A stretch of DNA of 63,679 bases, filler included, from Saprolegnia diclina VS20 (taxonomy: Eukaryota), in assembly GCF_000281045.1 (NCBI RefSeq). It is 4 parts of 2 records of this genome, joined end to end, with 100 filler letters (N's around TTAATTAATTAA, not from the genome) between each part and the next. Parts side by side here need not be neighbours in the genome. Positions count along the whole stretch, not along the records: positions 20,277 to 50,194 come from NW_008246113.1; 3 more parts are not named here. One strand, written 5' to 3'. The stretch's first letter is position 1, and the number at the start of each line of letters is the position of its first letter. The notes under the pieces were generated by a model. The model searched no databases, had not been told where the DNA came from, and worked only from the letters and a program-made list of their open reading frames with translations. The position numbers and the translations under genes were made by a program. Positions 34,903 through 45,757 of this stretch are shown one piece after another.

Positions 34903-35355
34903 ATGGCACCCAGCAAGCCCAGCAAGCTCCGAGCGTGGTGGCAGCGGACGCTGGCCTCGGTCGGCCCGTGCAAGCAGCCATCAACCAAGGTGGCGCCAAG
35001 CAAGGCGCGGTACATCTGCACGTGCGTCTCGCTCAACGCGCTGGCGACACGGCGCGGCGCGGCCCCGATCCGCTACGACGCGCCGACAACACCCATCATG
35101 CTGCCGCGCGAGTTTACCGCCGAGGCCAAGAATCTCTCGGTCGTCGGCGGCAAGCGCGTGCCGTTCTGCCCGACTCAGACCGCGCGCATGAAGAGCCGAC
35201 GTGCAACGACCACGTTTGCTGCGATCGCCGAAGACGCGACGACGTCGGGCGGCCAAATCGTGTGCCCTGGCTGCGCCGCGCGCGCGCGCCTGAGTGCATC
35301 CGTCACGCACTGCGCCGAGCTCGACGACGACGACGACTCGGACGAAGAGTACTAA
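34903..35355 (+). CDS. Orphan small-protein family member C (150 aa)
   Basis: LRAWWQR, YICTC, PIMLP, VVGGKRVPFCPTQ, FAAIAED, CPGC, acidic tail. Confidence 0.8.
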   Translation: MAPSKPSKLRAWWQRTLASVGPCKQPSTKVAPSKARYICTCVSLNALATRRGAAPIRYDAPTTPIMLPREFTAEAKNLSVVGGKRVPFCPTQTARMKSRRATTTFAAIAEDATTSGGQIVCPGCAARARLSASVTHCAELDDDDDSDEEY

Positions 35356-36284
35356 CTTATGGGCCCATCGCGACACTAGATTATTGGCTATAATGCACCA
35401 CCTATTTATCTTGTCTCTTGCTTTGCATGGCCTTTCCTGCACCAAAGACGCAAGCCGGCACCGAGAGAACGTGGTTTGGATGTGGCAGCAAGCTCTTTTC
35501 CTTCCTAACAATGGACGTCTATCAACGCGAGTTGGTCGTCGAGACCGAATGCAGACGAGCGGTCGGGACGCGCTCCAGTGCGACGTACAAGTACCGCAGT
35601 ATTCGTTCAGGCGCGTTGGCTCTTCCTCGCCGAGACGACGCCACCGGGTCCGCCGTCGGAAGCTGCAGCACCCAAAAGATTGGTCACCGCCTCATGGGAC
35701 AGTCGACTTTCCGAGCTTGGCCGAGCTCGGAAGGATGTACCACTCACCGGCTGTTCTGTGTTAGTCGATTCCAAGTGCGCTGGACGTTGAAGTCGTGGCT
35801 CCGAGGTGCAGGCCTGGTCCTTGCGCACGTCGTGGGTGGTGGCGGCTGCAGATACACCACAACACAGCGTGTGGGATCGACGATGCTACGGCCTGCGACC
35901 GTACGGTGCGTTGCAGAGGTAGTAGAACTGATGGTTTTTTAGAGCCGCCCACATTACAAAACTTCTGAAAATAATGGGCTTCAACGTCCACCGTATCTCT
36001 ACGTCGTTGTCGCTAACGTCACGCCCTTTGCATCGCTGCGGCTGACATCGTCTACAGAGCTGCGAGAGCAGCAAAGCCCTCTCCGCCCGGGATGCGCAGT
36101 GCGGTGGTTGAGCCCTCGACCGCCTTGACGTCGCGCATGACGAACGGCGTAGCTCATGTTTATCGACGGCATCAGTCCAAGCTAAGCCGTGGGACGTCCC
36201 CATATGTCGTCTTGGCGAGATGCGCGATGAAATACCGTCACTCTGGCACCCTTGTCGCAGTCGCACCGGGGTTATTGGTGCTGT

Positions 36285-36300
36285 TCACTTTCCATTTTGC
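36285..36300 (+). promoter_or_regulatory. Oomycete Inr/FPR-like core promoter
   Basis: TCACTTTCCATTTTGC about 20 nt before the ATG of orphan gene D; fits YCAYTYY followed by a WTTTNC element. Confidence 0.5.
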
Positions 36301-36321
36301 CACATCCAATACACTCCTACC

Positions 36322-36669
36322 ATGGCCATTCGCCTCGGCGCTACGACGTCCAAGACACCCAAGACGAACGACAAGAAGACGTTGAAAGGCTGGTGGCGCA
36401 AGCTCGTGGCCAAGACGGAGCGTCCAACGCGGTTTCCCGTCGTGCCCTTGCCAGCCAAGTACGCCAACGAGTCCAAGCAAACCACCGTCGTTGGTGGCAA
36501 GCCCGTGCCGTTCCTGCCGCACCAAGTGGCGTCGATGAAGGCGCGCACATCGGTTGATGAGCTCGGGCCAATTGACGAGCTCAAAGAAGGTGTGCAGCCC
36601 AAGAAAGCCGTGCATGACCCGACAATCGTCGCGACCAATATGGTCTTTATGATGTCGTCGGCCATGTGA
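36322..36669 (+). CDS. Orphan small-protein family member D (115 aa)
   Basis: LKGWWRKL, PVVPLPAKY, VVGGKPVPFLPHQ, LGPIDE; lacks the Cys pairs. Confidence 0.8.
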   Translation: MAIRLGATTSKTPKTNDKKTLKGWWRKLVAKTERPTRFPVVPLPAKYANESKQTTVVGGKPVPFLPHQVASMKARTSVDELGPIDELKEGVQPKKAVHDPTIVATNMVFMMSSAM

Positions 36670-36986
36670 TGCAACGTCATAAAAGCACTAGGAATAGTTA
36701 AGTTATACAACATTGAGGGTCGTCTTTCCTCCTTTGTACACTGCAGCGACGAGCGAGCGGCCAAAGAGACGGTACGTGGGGCATTGTCGACGCAGAAGGC
36801 GCCACTCGTCCAATCGAAGGCGCTGTTGGACTGCACCGGTTCAACTTTTCTTGTTTGGTGAGCTCCGTATTCTGTCGCCGCTTGGATTCCGCGATGTTTA
36901 TTCAGCAATTTGCTCCGATTTGCCACATGACAATAATGTTGCCACCAACATTTGGCTTTGTGCCACCAACATGTAGCTGCATCATA

Positions 36987-38077
36987 CTACACGCTGACCT
37001 TGGGTCCCGCATTGCCAAGGTGGCGACATATGATTGATAAATCGCCATGGTAGAAGGACGCGGCGAGTACGTCTGCATGGTTGTCGCCGAGTAGGGACGC
37101 TTGCGCGGTGATCGTAGCGGTGAGCAGCAGTTCCCACTCGGTGCGGGGCTTGGACTGGTGGCCCATCGCGTACGCCACCCGCACTTGCGAGAGGAGCGTC
37201 TCTTGGTGGTGGTCGCCGAGGCACTGACGATAGAGGTCCCGCGCACGGCGGTGGCAGCGCTCGGCGTCGGCATAGAGTTGTTCGTCGTCAAAGACGCAGC
37301 CGAGATGGCGCGACAACGCTGCTTGCTCCAGCGGCGAGCGTGACGCTGCGATCGACGCCTCCAGTGTCGTCTTGATCCATGGAGACAGGGTTGAAAAGAG
37401 ACGCCGGTCCACCGCAATGAACGATGTCTCGGCGCGAATCAAAGCAAAGATACCGTCGCGGTCGCTTGGCACCGTAGTCTCGGACGCCTAGCTCTGGATC
37501 GTAGCCAGCATACCGCGGAAGGCGTTGTGCTTGGAAATGTCGTTGAGAAACCGAGCCTTCTGGCCCCGCGCAAGTGCAATCTCAAAGCGCGGCCCAGTGT
37601 CACGGCGGCGTAGACCTCAAAGACGCACCAGCTCCGGCGGAGCACGATCGGGTCGTTCCACGGGTGCATGATCATGACCACGTTGCCGATGGCCGCCAAG
37701 CTCGTCTTGAACGTCGACGACCAGTGCTCAAACGACTGCGCCGCCACGTGCTGGTTGTTGTTGAAGACGCAAAACCAAATGACGGCGTCCGCGAGCACGC
37801 CTTGGTCGGCGAAGAAGCACTCGAGGCTGTTGACGGTCTCCAAGAAGAGGTACTGCCAGGCGTGGCTGACATACCAGTTGGCCGGCGCAACGTACGCGGT
37901 GGTCGTCGAGTCGTTGGCGAGATGGTCGACGAGCGAGAGCCCCGAGGGTTTGGTCATAGGTACGACAAACTCAAAGCAGACGTCGGCGGTCGTCGTGCCA
38001 GCAAAGGATGCTTCGCCGCCGTGGTCGCTGATGAAGCGACGGAGGTAGGCGAGGCGCACGCCGACTGGTGACGCCAT
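36987..38077 (-). pseudogene. Pseudogene of a TIR/HET-like domain + TPR protein (paralog of 47598-49691)
   Basis: WYVSHAWQYLFLETV, WFCVFNNNQH, LRRSWCVFE. 1-nt deletion near 37590, in-frame TAG at 37488-37490 (paralog has E), truncated 3' part. Confidence 0.85.
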
Positions 38078-38598
38078 TGCGATATTGTTGGATTCCTCCT
38101 GTTCTTCAGGCCGCTCTTCAGACAGGCGGGTAGCGCAGTCGTGTTTGGGTGATTTTAGATTGCTGAGTGACTTAAACCATGCATGTCTAAAACAACACAA
38201 TTTGAAGGTGAACGGCCAACTCGGAGCTGCACGCCAGTGACGCTGACCATCAGAGCGTGTTGCTGCATGTATATGTGAGGTATAACCTTGAGCTAGTGTG
38301 CAGCTTGCAGTTCTTTGGGTCTGATACTCCCACTGTACACTGGAAGACGAGGTGGTTGCCACGCGGTTGCCACGTCATGATACGACTATTGTCGTTGGGT
38401 ACTGACGCACCTCTTGCAGCTCTCGCATCCAGGAACGGATTCTGTTGCGAATCTGTGCTTCGACTCTGCTGGGTTCACATCAGCGTAAGTTCTAGATCCC
38501 AAGATCCCCAGATTCGAATTCGAATCTCGACACTATCATTGCGATCGGCCAGCAATCGTCGATACTTGCCGTCCCACTACGAGCAGCCATCTCGGAGA

Positions 38599-38949
38599 AT
38601 GCTCTGCTTAAACAACACGTCCATTGATACGCTGTGCAAAGCCCCGCTGCACTCGTCGCCTATTGTCATGCAGCCCAAGCACCTTGCGCAGCTGAGCAAG
38701 CGTCCGACAACACCCGTGGTCCCACTGCCGGCGTGCTACGCCCACGCCAAGTACACAACGTCGCTCGTCGGCGGGAAGCGCGTGGCCTTTGTGCCGCACC
38801 AGGTGCGCCGGCTGCGTCTACGCCGCAGCATGAAGCTGCGTATTTCGCCCATCTACGAAGACGGCTACCGCCATTGTATGCCAAGGTCGTCGCCGACGAT
38901 GGCGACTGGCCCGACGCTGGCGATGCCTGGCATGAGCTGCTATCTCTAG
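38599..38949 (+). CDS. Orphan small-protein family member E (about 116 aa)
   Basis: PVVPLPACY, LVGGKRVAFVPHQ, ISPIYED; closest to member D; start uncertain. Confidence 0.7.
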   Translation: MLCLNNTSIDTLCKAPLHSSPIVMQPKHLAQLSKRPTTPVVPLPACYAHAKYTTSLVGGKRVAFVPHQVRRLRLRRSMKLRISPIYEDGYRHCMPRSSPTMATGPTLAMPGMSCYL

Positions 38950-39326
38950 CTACCTCCCATTGCCATAAGTGTCGTGAATGTATATCTCGTCGTGTTGTCC
39001 TACGAGGTGCTGGAATATCGACACATATGCAGCGCAGTGCGGCCGATTGGGTGGGTCTCGAGGTGGCAGAGCGTCTGCCTCTCAAACCCATCGAGCCAAG
39101 GGACCCGTGCACGTACCTGCACGTCTGGGGTGCGCTATCACTGCCGTCGAATAGCGTCAAGAAGCGTATCATAATGTGCCTTCGGGTTAAGTTCTTATGA
39201 CCGTACTCTGGGATTTCCTTTGTTATTCACTCGAGGCATCTGTTGACCTAGCCCTAGCCCACCCGACGCGGCTATGGTCGAATCGGGCAAACACGCGCAG
39301 GACTCGACGTTGTTGTACGTGTTGAA

Positions 39327-41964
39327 CTATTGCAGTAGGAAATGACGCAGGGCCTTGGACTGCCATAACTGGAGCGACGCTTGCAGATGTTTCTCGAGAC
39401 TCTTTTTGTCATCGTGGAGCGAGACGACAAAAGGGAGGAGCTTGCGCGGGATCGGCTCGAGCGCCACTGGGATCCCAGCCGGCGACACGCTTTGCAGTAC
39501 CAACTGCTCTACCTACAACCACAAAATAGGTTACATATTTCAATGTTCGCATCGACAAGTTGTCTACCAGGCCAACGACGACAGTGAGCATCGATTCGAA
39601 AGCTTCAAGGTACAAGACATTTGTCAGCAGCGATCGCCGGTGGCTCGTACGCGCACTGCCCGTTGCCAAGAGGTCGTACAGCTCAGCCACGCTAGCACCA
39701 CGACGTTGCACCGGCTAGTACTTCAACGAGGCTCACCGCTTCGCGTAGCGCGTCAAGTGTTGCTGGCAGGCTACAAAATCGACAATAAATCGAAAAATTG
39801 GAGAAAAAACTCTAAAAACTACATACCGTCCAGGATCGCAAGCATGCAGGTAGACGACGGAATGGCTTCGTTTAGCGCTTGCAGGTCCATGTCTGGTAGA
39901 GCGGACGTGTACGAGATCATCTCGTTCACAGGTCGAAACCACGACCCACGCGACGCCAAGACGGCTTGGTACGGAGCCAGTGCTGCCGAGAGCACTAGCA
40001 GACCATCGGGAATGGTTTGAAAGCGCACTGTCGGTATATTTGACGTCGGACACATGCGGGCACCGGCTTCGGTGATGCCAAGGGCTATGTAATACAGTAT
40101 GGTACTCAGTCGGTGACAGACATCAGATATAAGACAAAAGTGTACAAGGATCGGCGACAAATTCAAGGCACATGACGGTGGGAGCCACGGGCACGAGTGT
40201 ATACGCGTAAACCTAAATCATGTGATTCTCTAACAGAAAAAGACGGTGTAATTGCACCGTGCGCCGCTGGTGGCCAAAGGTAGTGAGGGCAGTTGCAGCC
40301 TTCCCGAGCTCGGTTTGCAGCATCGCGTATGGGTGAAACTGGCTTGTGTATGTGTGGAGGACAGCCAGAAGGTGGTCGGACGGACAGAGTCGCTACGAAA
40401 AACAAGACATTTTGTCCAAAATATCTAAAAAATTGACCAAAAGATACAAAAACACGAACCTCCAGCAGCACGAGCAGCACGAGCGCAGCGCAAATGTCGA
40501 TCGTCGTCGTACCCGAGGGTGTTGCGTCCCATAACGTCGACTAGAGGACAAGGTTGTGTATATATGACAACATGGACGCTTCGAGTACCAAGTCGACTTC
40601 GCCGTGGCAGAGCTTGGCGCGGACGTTGGGGCCAGCAGCGCACATGAAGAGGTCGACAGACGCCGCCAACGCACTCGGCGACAGCGTCTCGTAGAGTCGA
40701 TTGAGGTCGGCGTCCTAATGCGATAGTTGCATCCGAGTACTGTCGTAGAACGTCGTTACCGAGTCGAATAGGGTGCGCGCAAGAAGCACTTGGTGCTGCG
40801 AGCGCTGGCCAAAGCCGTCGAGCGTCGAGTAGTACGCAGCGAGTTGCGCGTGGGCCATGCCCCGGGGCACACTAGGATTCACACGTACAAAATCTAGTGC
40901 AGAGGAATAAGGGCAACGGCTGCGTGACAAGTGTCGTCGTACCGCAGCGGACGAGATATTCGAGTACGGGAATCGATAAAAAGAGCGAAAAGAGAGTTTG
41001 GCCGCTTTGAAAGGCATCGATCGAGCGTTCTACGAGGCGGCGTCGGGCCTTGGCTTGGACCGACGCACCTAGAGACAACCTAGTTTCACTCTGACACAAA
41101 CCCTAATCCTCACCAGCAAATACAGTGTCGAGGTCCAAGGTCGCTACAAGGTCGCGGGTTCCCGCACAAAGTGGGGCTGTCGACGGTGCAAACAACGGCA
41201 GCGACGCGTAGACCAGATGCGCACTCGCATTGTCGAGCAGCACGGGCTCGGCCAGAAGCACGAGGAGCAGCGAGCCAAAGCACCCCGGAAAGTCCATGGG
41301 CGCGACAAAGCCATGCCACTAGGACACCACAACACTACTAGTTTGGACAGTCGCGAAGAAGGAGACGTACGACGAGGTTCCGCAAATTGAGCCCCGACGG
41401 AAAGAAGAGCAGGCGCAGGAGCTGCAGGTAGCCGGGCGGCAGCGCTTCGACGAGCTCGGGCGATTGCAGCAAATCGCGCAAAATCATGTTGGACTTGACG
41501 CCGTCGTTGCAGCGCGCATACGCGTTATAGAGCGCTCGCTCAAGGACTGTCACGAGCAGCGTAAAGCTGATGTAGTGGTGGCCAGTCGCCCAGTGCGTGC
41601 GCACGAGCGGCGGCAGGGCAGCGCCGTGCGGCAAGCCTACGCCACTCGAGTCGATGATGTATACCGTCTGTGCATGGAAGGTACCACTGCACAGTGCTTC
41701 AAAGCGCTCGCAGGTGGCCTCGGGCGCGGCGCGGAGGTGGCGATCGACGGCCAAAGCGACGGTCCATGCACAGTCGACGCCGTGGCCAGGTGCGTCCGAG
41801 TTGGCGACGGCCGCTGCAAAGGCCGGCCATGACACCGGCGCGCCAAGGACGTAGCCGTCAGGTACCACATTGTTGGGCGACGGCAGTTGCAGGCGGCGCG
41901 CCATGCCATCGTACAGCGCTGCGTGGACCTCGGGCGACACGGCGGGTCGGTATGGTTGCTGCAT
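39327..41964 (-). CDS. ERMARD: ERMARD/DUF4209-like protein with HEPN-type RxxxxH motifs (multi-exon)
   Basis: [30 protein letters not shown], and a second site [12 protein letters not shown]; last exon ends ..KALRHFLLQ* at 39327. Confidence 0.75.
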
Positions 41965-42301
41965 CGCAAATTGCGATTTTCAGCCAATCGGGAGCGCGTA
42001 TTTTGTGTCCGATTTGTGACACCAATTTTGTGTCGACACAAACGCAGGCACAAAACGCAAATTAGTCTATGCGACCAACCGGTGCGATATTCCAACGCAT
42101 GCAATGGTTCAGCGCCTGTCCACAATGCCTAGCCCCGATAGACCATCATCCACGGAAGCGCTTGGGAGTGCCAGAGTGTATATCTGAAAGGCATGGTGTT
42201 CTCTGGGTCGTTGGACACGGGTTGTGGCGCCTGTCCACACGACCTGGCGTCCAATCACGTCGCATTCGCGACCTGCCGCTGAAGCGCGTAGCCGCTCGTC
42301 C

Positions 42302-42928
42302 ATGCCACAGTGCAATGTCGCCCGGGACGTGCTCACGCAGCCCGATCTGCGCAACCTCATCCTCGCTTACCAAGACGGCGTGCCGTGCTCGCTACAGGCC
42401 ATGTTCCAGCTCTACTACGCCAAGCTCGAGAAGGTCCAGTACCACATCCACCCGGAGCTCAACCAAATGCAAGATCCGCTGTACATGCGCGGGTACCTCC
42501 TCTGCCGCCTCCTCCAAGACGACCACTGCGACGTCGCCCACACATTCCTCAACACCTTTTCAAACGACGACGACATCAAACTCCCATCGCGCGTCTCGCT
42601 TCTGGTCCGCAACACGATCGACAATGCGGCCCGCGCACGCAACTTGTCGATAGTGAAGCGACTGCACGCTCGACCGGCCATTGGCATTTGCTCGCAGCTC
42701 GCCATGGACATTGCGGCCGCCAACGGCGACCTCGACATCGTCCAGTTTCTGCATCAACATCGCACCGAAGGCTGCTCCCGACTTGCATTCAAGAAGGCCA
42801 AAAAACACAAGGCGGTCCTAGCATTTCTCAAAGCAAATCGCCCGCAAGACGAACACCGGCGCGAAACACGCATCCAAGCCACACTGGGCGGGGACGAGTA
42901 CGACGGTGTCGAGTGTGTCCTTCAGTAG
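42302..42928 (+). CDS. Oomycete-type ankyrin-repeat protein
   Basis: VLTQPDLRNLILAYQDG N-terminus; IDNAARARNLSIVKRLH, AMDIAAANGDLDIVQFLHQHRTEGCS. Confidence 0.8.
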   Translation: MPQCNVARDVLTQPDLRNLILAYQDGVPCSLQAMFQLYYAKLEKVQYHIHPELNQMQDPLYMRGYLLCRLLQDDHCDVAHTFLNTFSNDDDIKLPSRVSLLVRNTIDNAARARNLSIVKRLHARPAIGICSQLAMDIAAANGDLDIVQFLHQHRTEGCSRLAFKKAKKHKAVLAFLKANRPQDEHRRETRIQATLGGDEYDGVECVLQ

Positions 42929-43124
42929 ATTCTCAACTACGTACTTCAACTAAGTACTAGTCGAAGCGAGATTATGTTAGTATCTTGGCTAGGACTATGT
43001 TGTCTCCAAGGACAGTGCTCCGATAGCAAGCATACCCGCCGATGCGCATGAGCACCTCTGTAGCTCAAGCATACAAGATCTATTCTCCCCAGAGTCACGG
43101 GCAAGGACGTGCTTGAGTAACTCT

Positions 43125-44879
43125 TTACAGCACAAGTACGTACGGGTACGATAAGCGACGAATGGCCTCGCGGCAAATCGCAATCGCGGCGTCGTCCGTG
43201 CCAGTAGCGCTGACACCGATGCGCTGCCACGGACAGGCAGCCATGGCCACCGCTTCGATCATCGCCAGTAGCCCGTCCACGCCGATCGCATTATAGCCCA
43301 GGCCAAGCCAGCGCAAGGCCATGCTGCTCGGGATGGCTATGGCGAGCGCTCTCGCGCCATCGCGTCCGATCTGATTCAAGCCGAGCTCGAGCGATACGAG
43401 CTGCGGCAAAAGGCGGCTCAAGGCGGCCGCGCCGTCGCATGTGATACCATTCGTCTTGAGGTTGAGGTCGACGAGTCGATGGCAATGGGATACGGCAGCG
43501 TCTGCAATTGCGGTGGCACCTCCCGAACCAATCGCATTCGAGCTCAGATTGAGCTCTTGCAGCAGCGGCAGCGACGCCATGGCCGCCGCGATGGCTGTTG
43601 CGCCGTCGACACCGAGGCGGCTGCCACGAAGCGTCACGTGGGTAAGCGCGGTGCAGTGTGCGAGCGCGCGGGTCATTGCAAGAGTACTGTACAAGAGGTT
43701 GCTCATCTTGAAGCTACGCAGCGTGGCCGCGCAGAGGGGCAAGGCCGCAATTAATGCGTCGGCGCCGGCTTGCGTTTTGATCTGGCCCGTCTCGAAATTG
43801 AGGTCCCGGAGCTGCGGCGCCAGCGACACGTATGCGGCGATCGAGGCCGGGCAAAAGCTGTAGTGGGGCAAGTCGAGGGACATCAGCCGGGGCAGCGTCG
43901 GGAGAGTCTCGGTGACAAATCGAAGCAGCTCGTCGTCCTTGCGCTGCTCGTGCATTAGGAATGAGAGATGGAGCGTCTCGAGCTGTGCATGCTGGAGGCA
44001 CGCCATGACGCTGCGCATGCCGGCGTAGCGACAGCCGTGCACGGTAAGGGACGTCAACGTCGGCGGCACTTGAGTGTCGACAAAGTAAGAGTGGGCCAGC
44101 GCGCCTTGGTCCAGTGACAGCGACTGCAGCGTGCGACAGGCGTGCAGCGCTGCGCAAAAGGCGGCGACTGATGGCTCGTCGACCTTGAGGTACCCGAGCT
44201 TGAGTGCGGTGACGGGCCGGGATTGCAGCCAGGACGCGATCGTCGTCACGGCGTCGGCGTTCCAGCTCATACGATCGTCGCGCGCAAAGTGCAGCTCGAG
44301 ATCGACGACGTGCGAGTGCGTAATGGCTTGAAGAAGGTAGCCAAAGTCCTCGGCAGCTTGCGCCCAGTGCACACACAACCTGGCCAGTACCGGCAGGCGT
44401 CGCAGGCCGGCGCAGAGTTCGAGGAGCGCGCCGCGGGTCCACGCCGCGTGCGGACTGAGTGTAACTGAGAGCGCCGTCAGTCGCTCGCTCGGCCAGGAAG
44501 GATATGGCATCGGGCTCGGCAGCGTCAGCGCGATCGAGGTCGAGGCGGGCGCGACGACACGGGCACTGCTCCACGAGAGCGCGACAGTGCCACGGTACAG
44601 TGACAAGGCGGCGCTGAGTTGCGCGAGCAACGCAGCGTCGTCGGGCAGTGCGTGCGGAAGGCAGAGTCGTGGCCAGAGCGTGACGCCGTCGACGCCGAGA
44701 CGGCCACCGTACAGCGCTGCAAAGAGCGTACGCAAGCCCAGCAGCGGCGTCGAGAGCTGCGCTGCGGGTAGCGAGCGAAGAAGCACATCAACCTCGTGCT
44801 GCCGCGGTACGAACGCGGCAATTGTTTCGAGAAGCTCGGGCGCGAGGTCCGGCGGCGCGACGCGCGTCCGTTTGGCCAT
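43125..44879 (-). CDS. F-box-like N-terminus + RNI-like LRR protein
   Basis: LAPELLETIAAFVP..LWPRLCL; 28-aa RI-type repeats (LQELNLSSNAIGSGGATAIA, LVSLELGLNQIGRDGARALA). Confidence 0.85.
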   Translation of the reverse strand: MAKRTRVAPPDLAPELLETIAAFVPRQHEVDVLLRSLPAAQLSTPLLGLRTLFAALYGGRLGVDGVTLWPRLCLPHALPDDAALLAQLSAALSLYRGTVALSWSSARVVAPASTSIALTLPSPMPYPSWPSERLTALSVTLSPHAAWTRGALLELCAGLRRLPVLARLCVHWAQAAEDFGYLLQAITHSHVVDLELHFARDDRMSWNADAVTTIASWLQSRPVTALKLGYLKVDEPSVAAFCAALHACRTLQSLSLDQGALAHSYFVDTQVPPTLTSLTVHGCRYAGMRSVMACLQHAQLETLHLSFLMHEQRKDDELLRFVTETLPTLPRLMSLDLPHYSFCPASIAAYVSLAPQLRDLNFETGQIKTQAGADALIAALPLCAATLRSFKMSNLLYSTLAMTRALAHCTALTHVTLRGSRLGVDGATAIAAAMASLPLLQELNLSSNAIGSGGATAIADAAVSHCHRLVDLNLKTNGITCDGAAALSRLLPQLVSLELGLNQIGRDGARALAIAIPSSMALRWLGLGYNAIGVDGLLAMIEAVAMAACPWQRIGVSATGTDDAAIAICREAIRRLSYPYVLVL

Positions 44880-45141
44880 TTTGAGATTGCACTTTGCCGA
44901 CTTTGGCGCCGTATCCGGAGGATCCGCCACCAGCTGGCAGCGACTGACCTATCAAAGCGAGGTTACTAAACGTGGCGAGGACCCGCGCAAGCCACGCGCC
45001 ACGACCACTCAGTCGGCGCGTTGCTTCTACTCCGTACGCATCACATGAATAGAAACACTCGAGGTGTGTTGCCGAATCATCGCAGCTCTCTGTCATAGTT
45101 GTCTCGTCACCGTTGCGACGGCATCGCGGTTAGTTTTGGTT

Positions 45142-45467
45142 GTCATCGCCGAGCCGCACTTGCTACGGTGTTGTGGTGGCCGTGACGGCTGGAGCCAGCG
45201 CTATGAACACACGGCAGAATGACTAACCAAACCGACTACAAGCTGTCGACAGTCATCGCCGAGCTGCACTTGCTACGGTGTTGTGGTGGCCGTGATGGCT
45301 GGAGCCAGCGATATGAACACACGGCAGAATGACTAACCAAACCGACTACAAGCTGTCGACAGTCATCGCCGAGCTGCACTTGCTACGGTGTTGTGGTGGC
45401 CGTGACGGCTGGAGCCAGCAATATACACGACAGAATGACTAACCAAACCGAGTACAAGCTGTCGACA
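45142..45467. repeat. Tandem repeat, 110-bp unit x3
   Basis: Unit GTCATCGCCGAGC..CAAGCTGTCGACA starts at 45142, 45252 and 45362; few substitutions, small deletion in the third copy. Confidence 0.95.
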
Positions 45468-45757
45468 GGAACCGACCATCTCGACTCGGCTCATCGCTCG
45501 TCAAGCCAACGACGACAGCAAGGGTGTCAACCATCGCTCGACCGTACTGGACACCAGCATTCACAATCAGCCCGTCAACTCAAATGCAGTAAGTGTCCTT
45601 TGGTCTGCACCGCCCGTCTGGCGCTGTTGCCGCTTCACGGTCCAAGGGCATATGCTGTGACCTGTGACCTAGTGGCTGGTGTTGACTCCTCATGGTACTA
45701 GTATACTCGCTGCGGTGGGCGATACAAAATTGCACTGGTAAAGCATTACTCATTCGC

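Noticed and set aside
38776..38790. PP1-docking RVxF motif in the orphan family
   Set aside because: Only member E (KRVAF) fits; the other four have Pro at the position the consensus excludes.
45142..45467. Repeat considered as a CRISPR array
   Set aside because: Whole units repeat with no unique spacers, there are no cas genes, and the context is eukaryotic.
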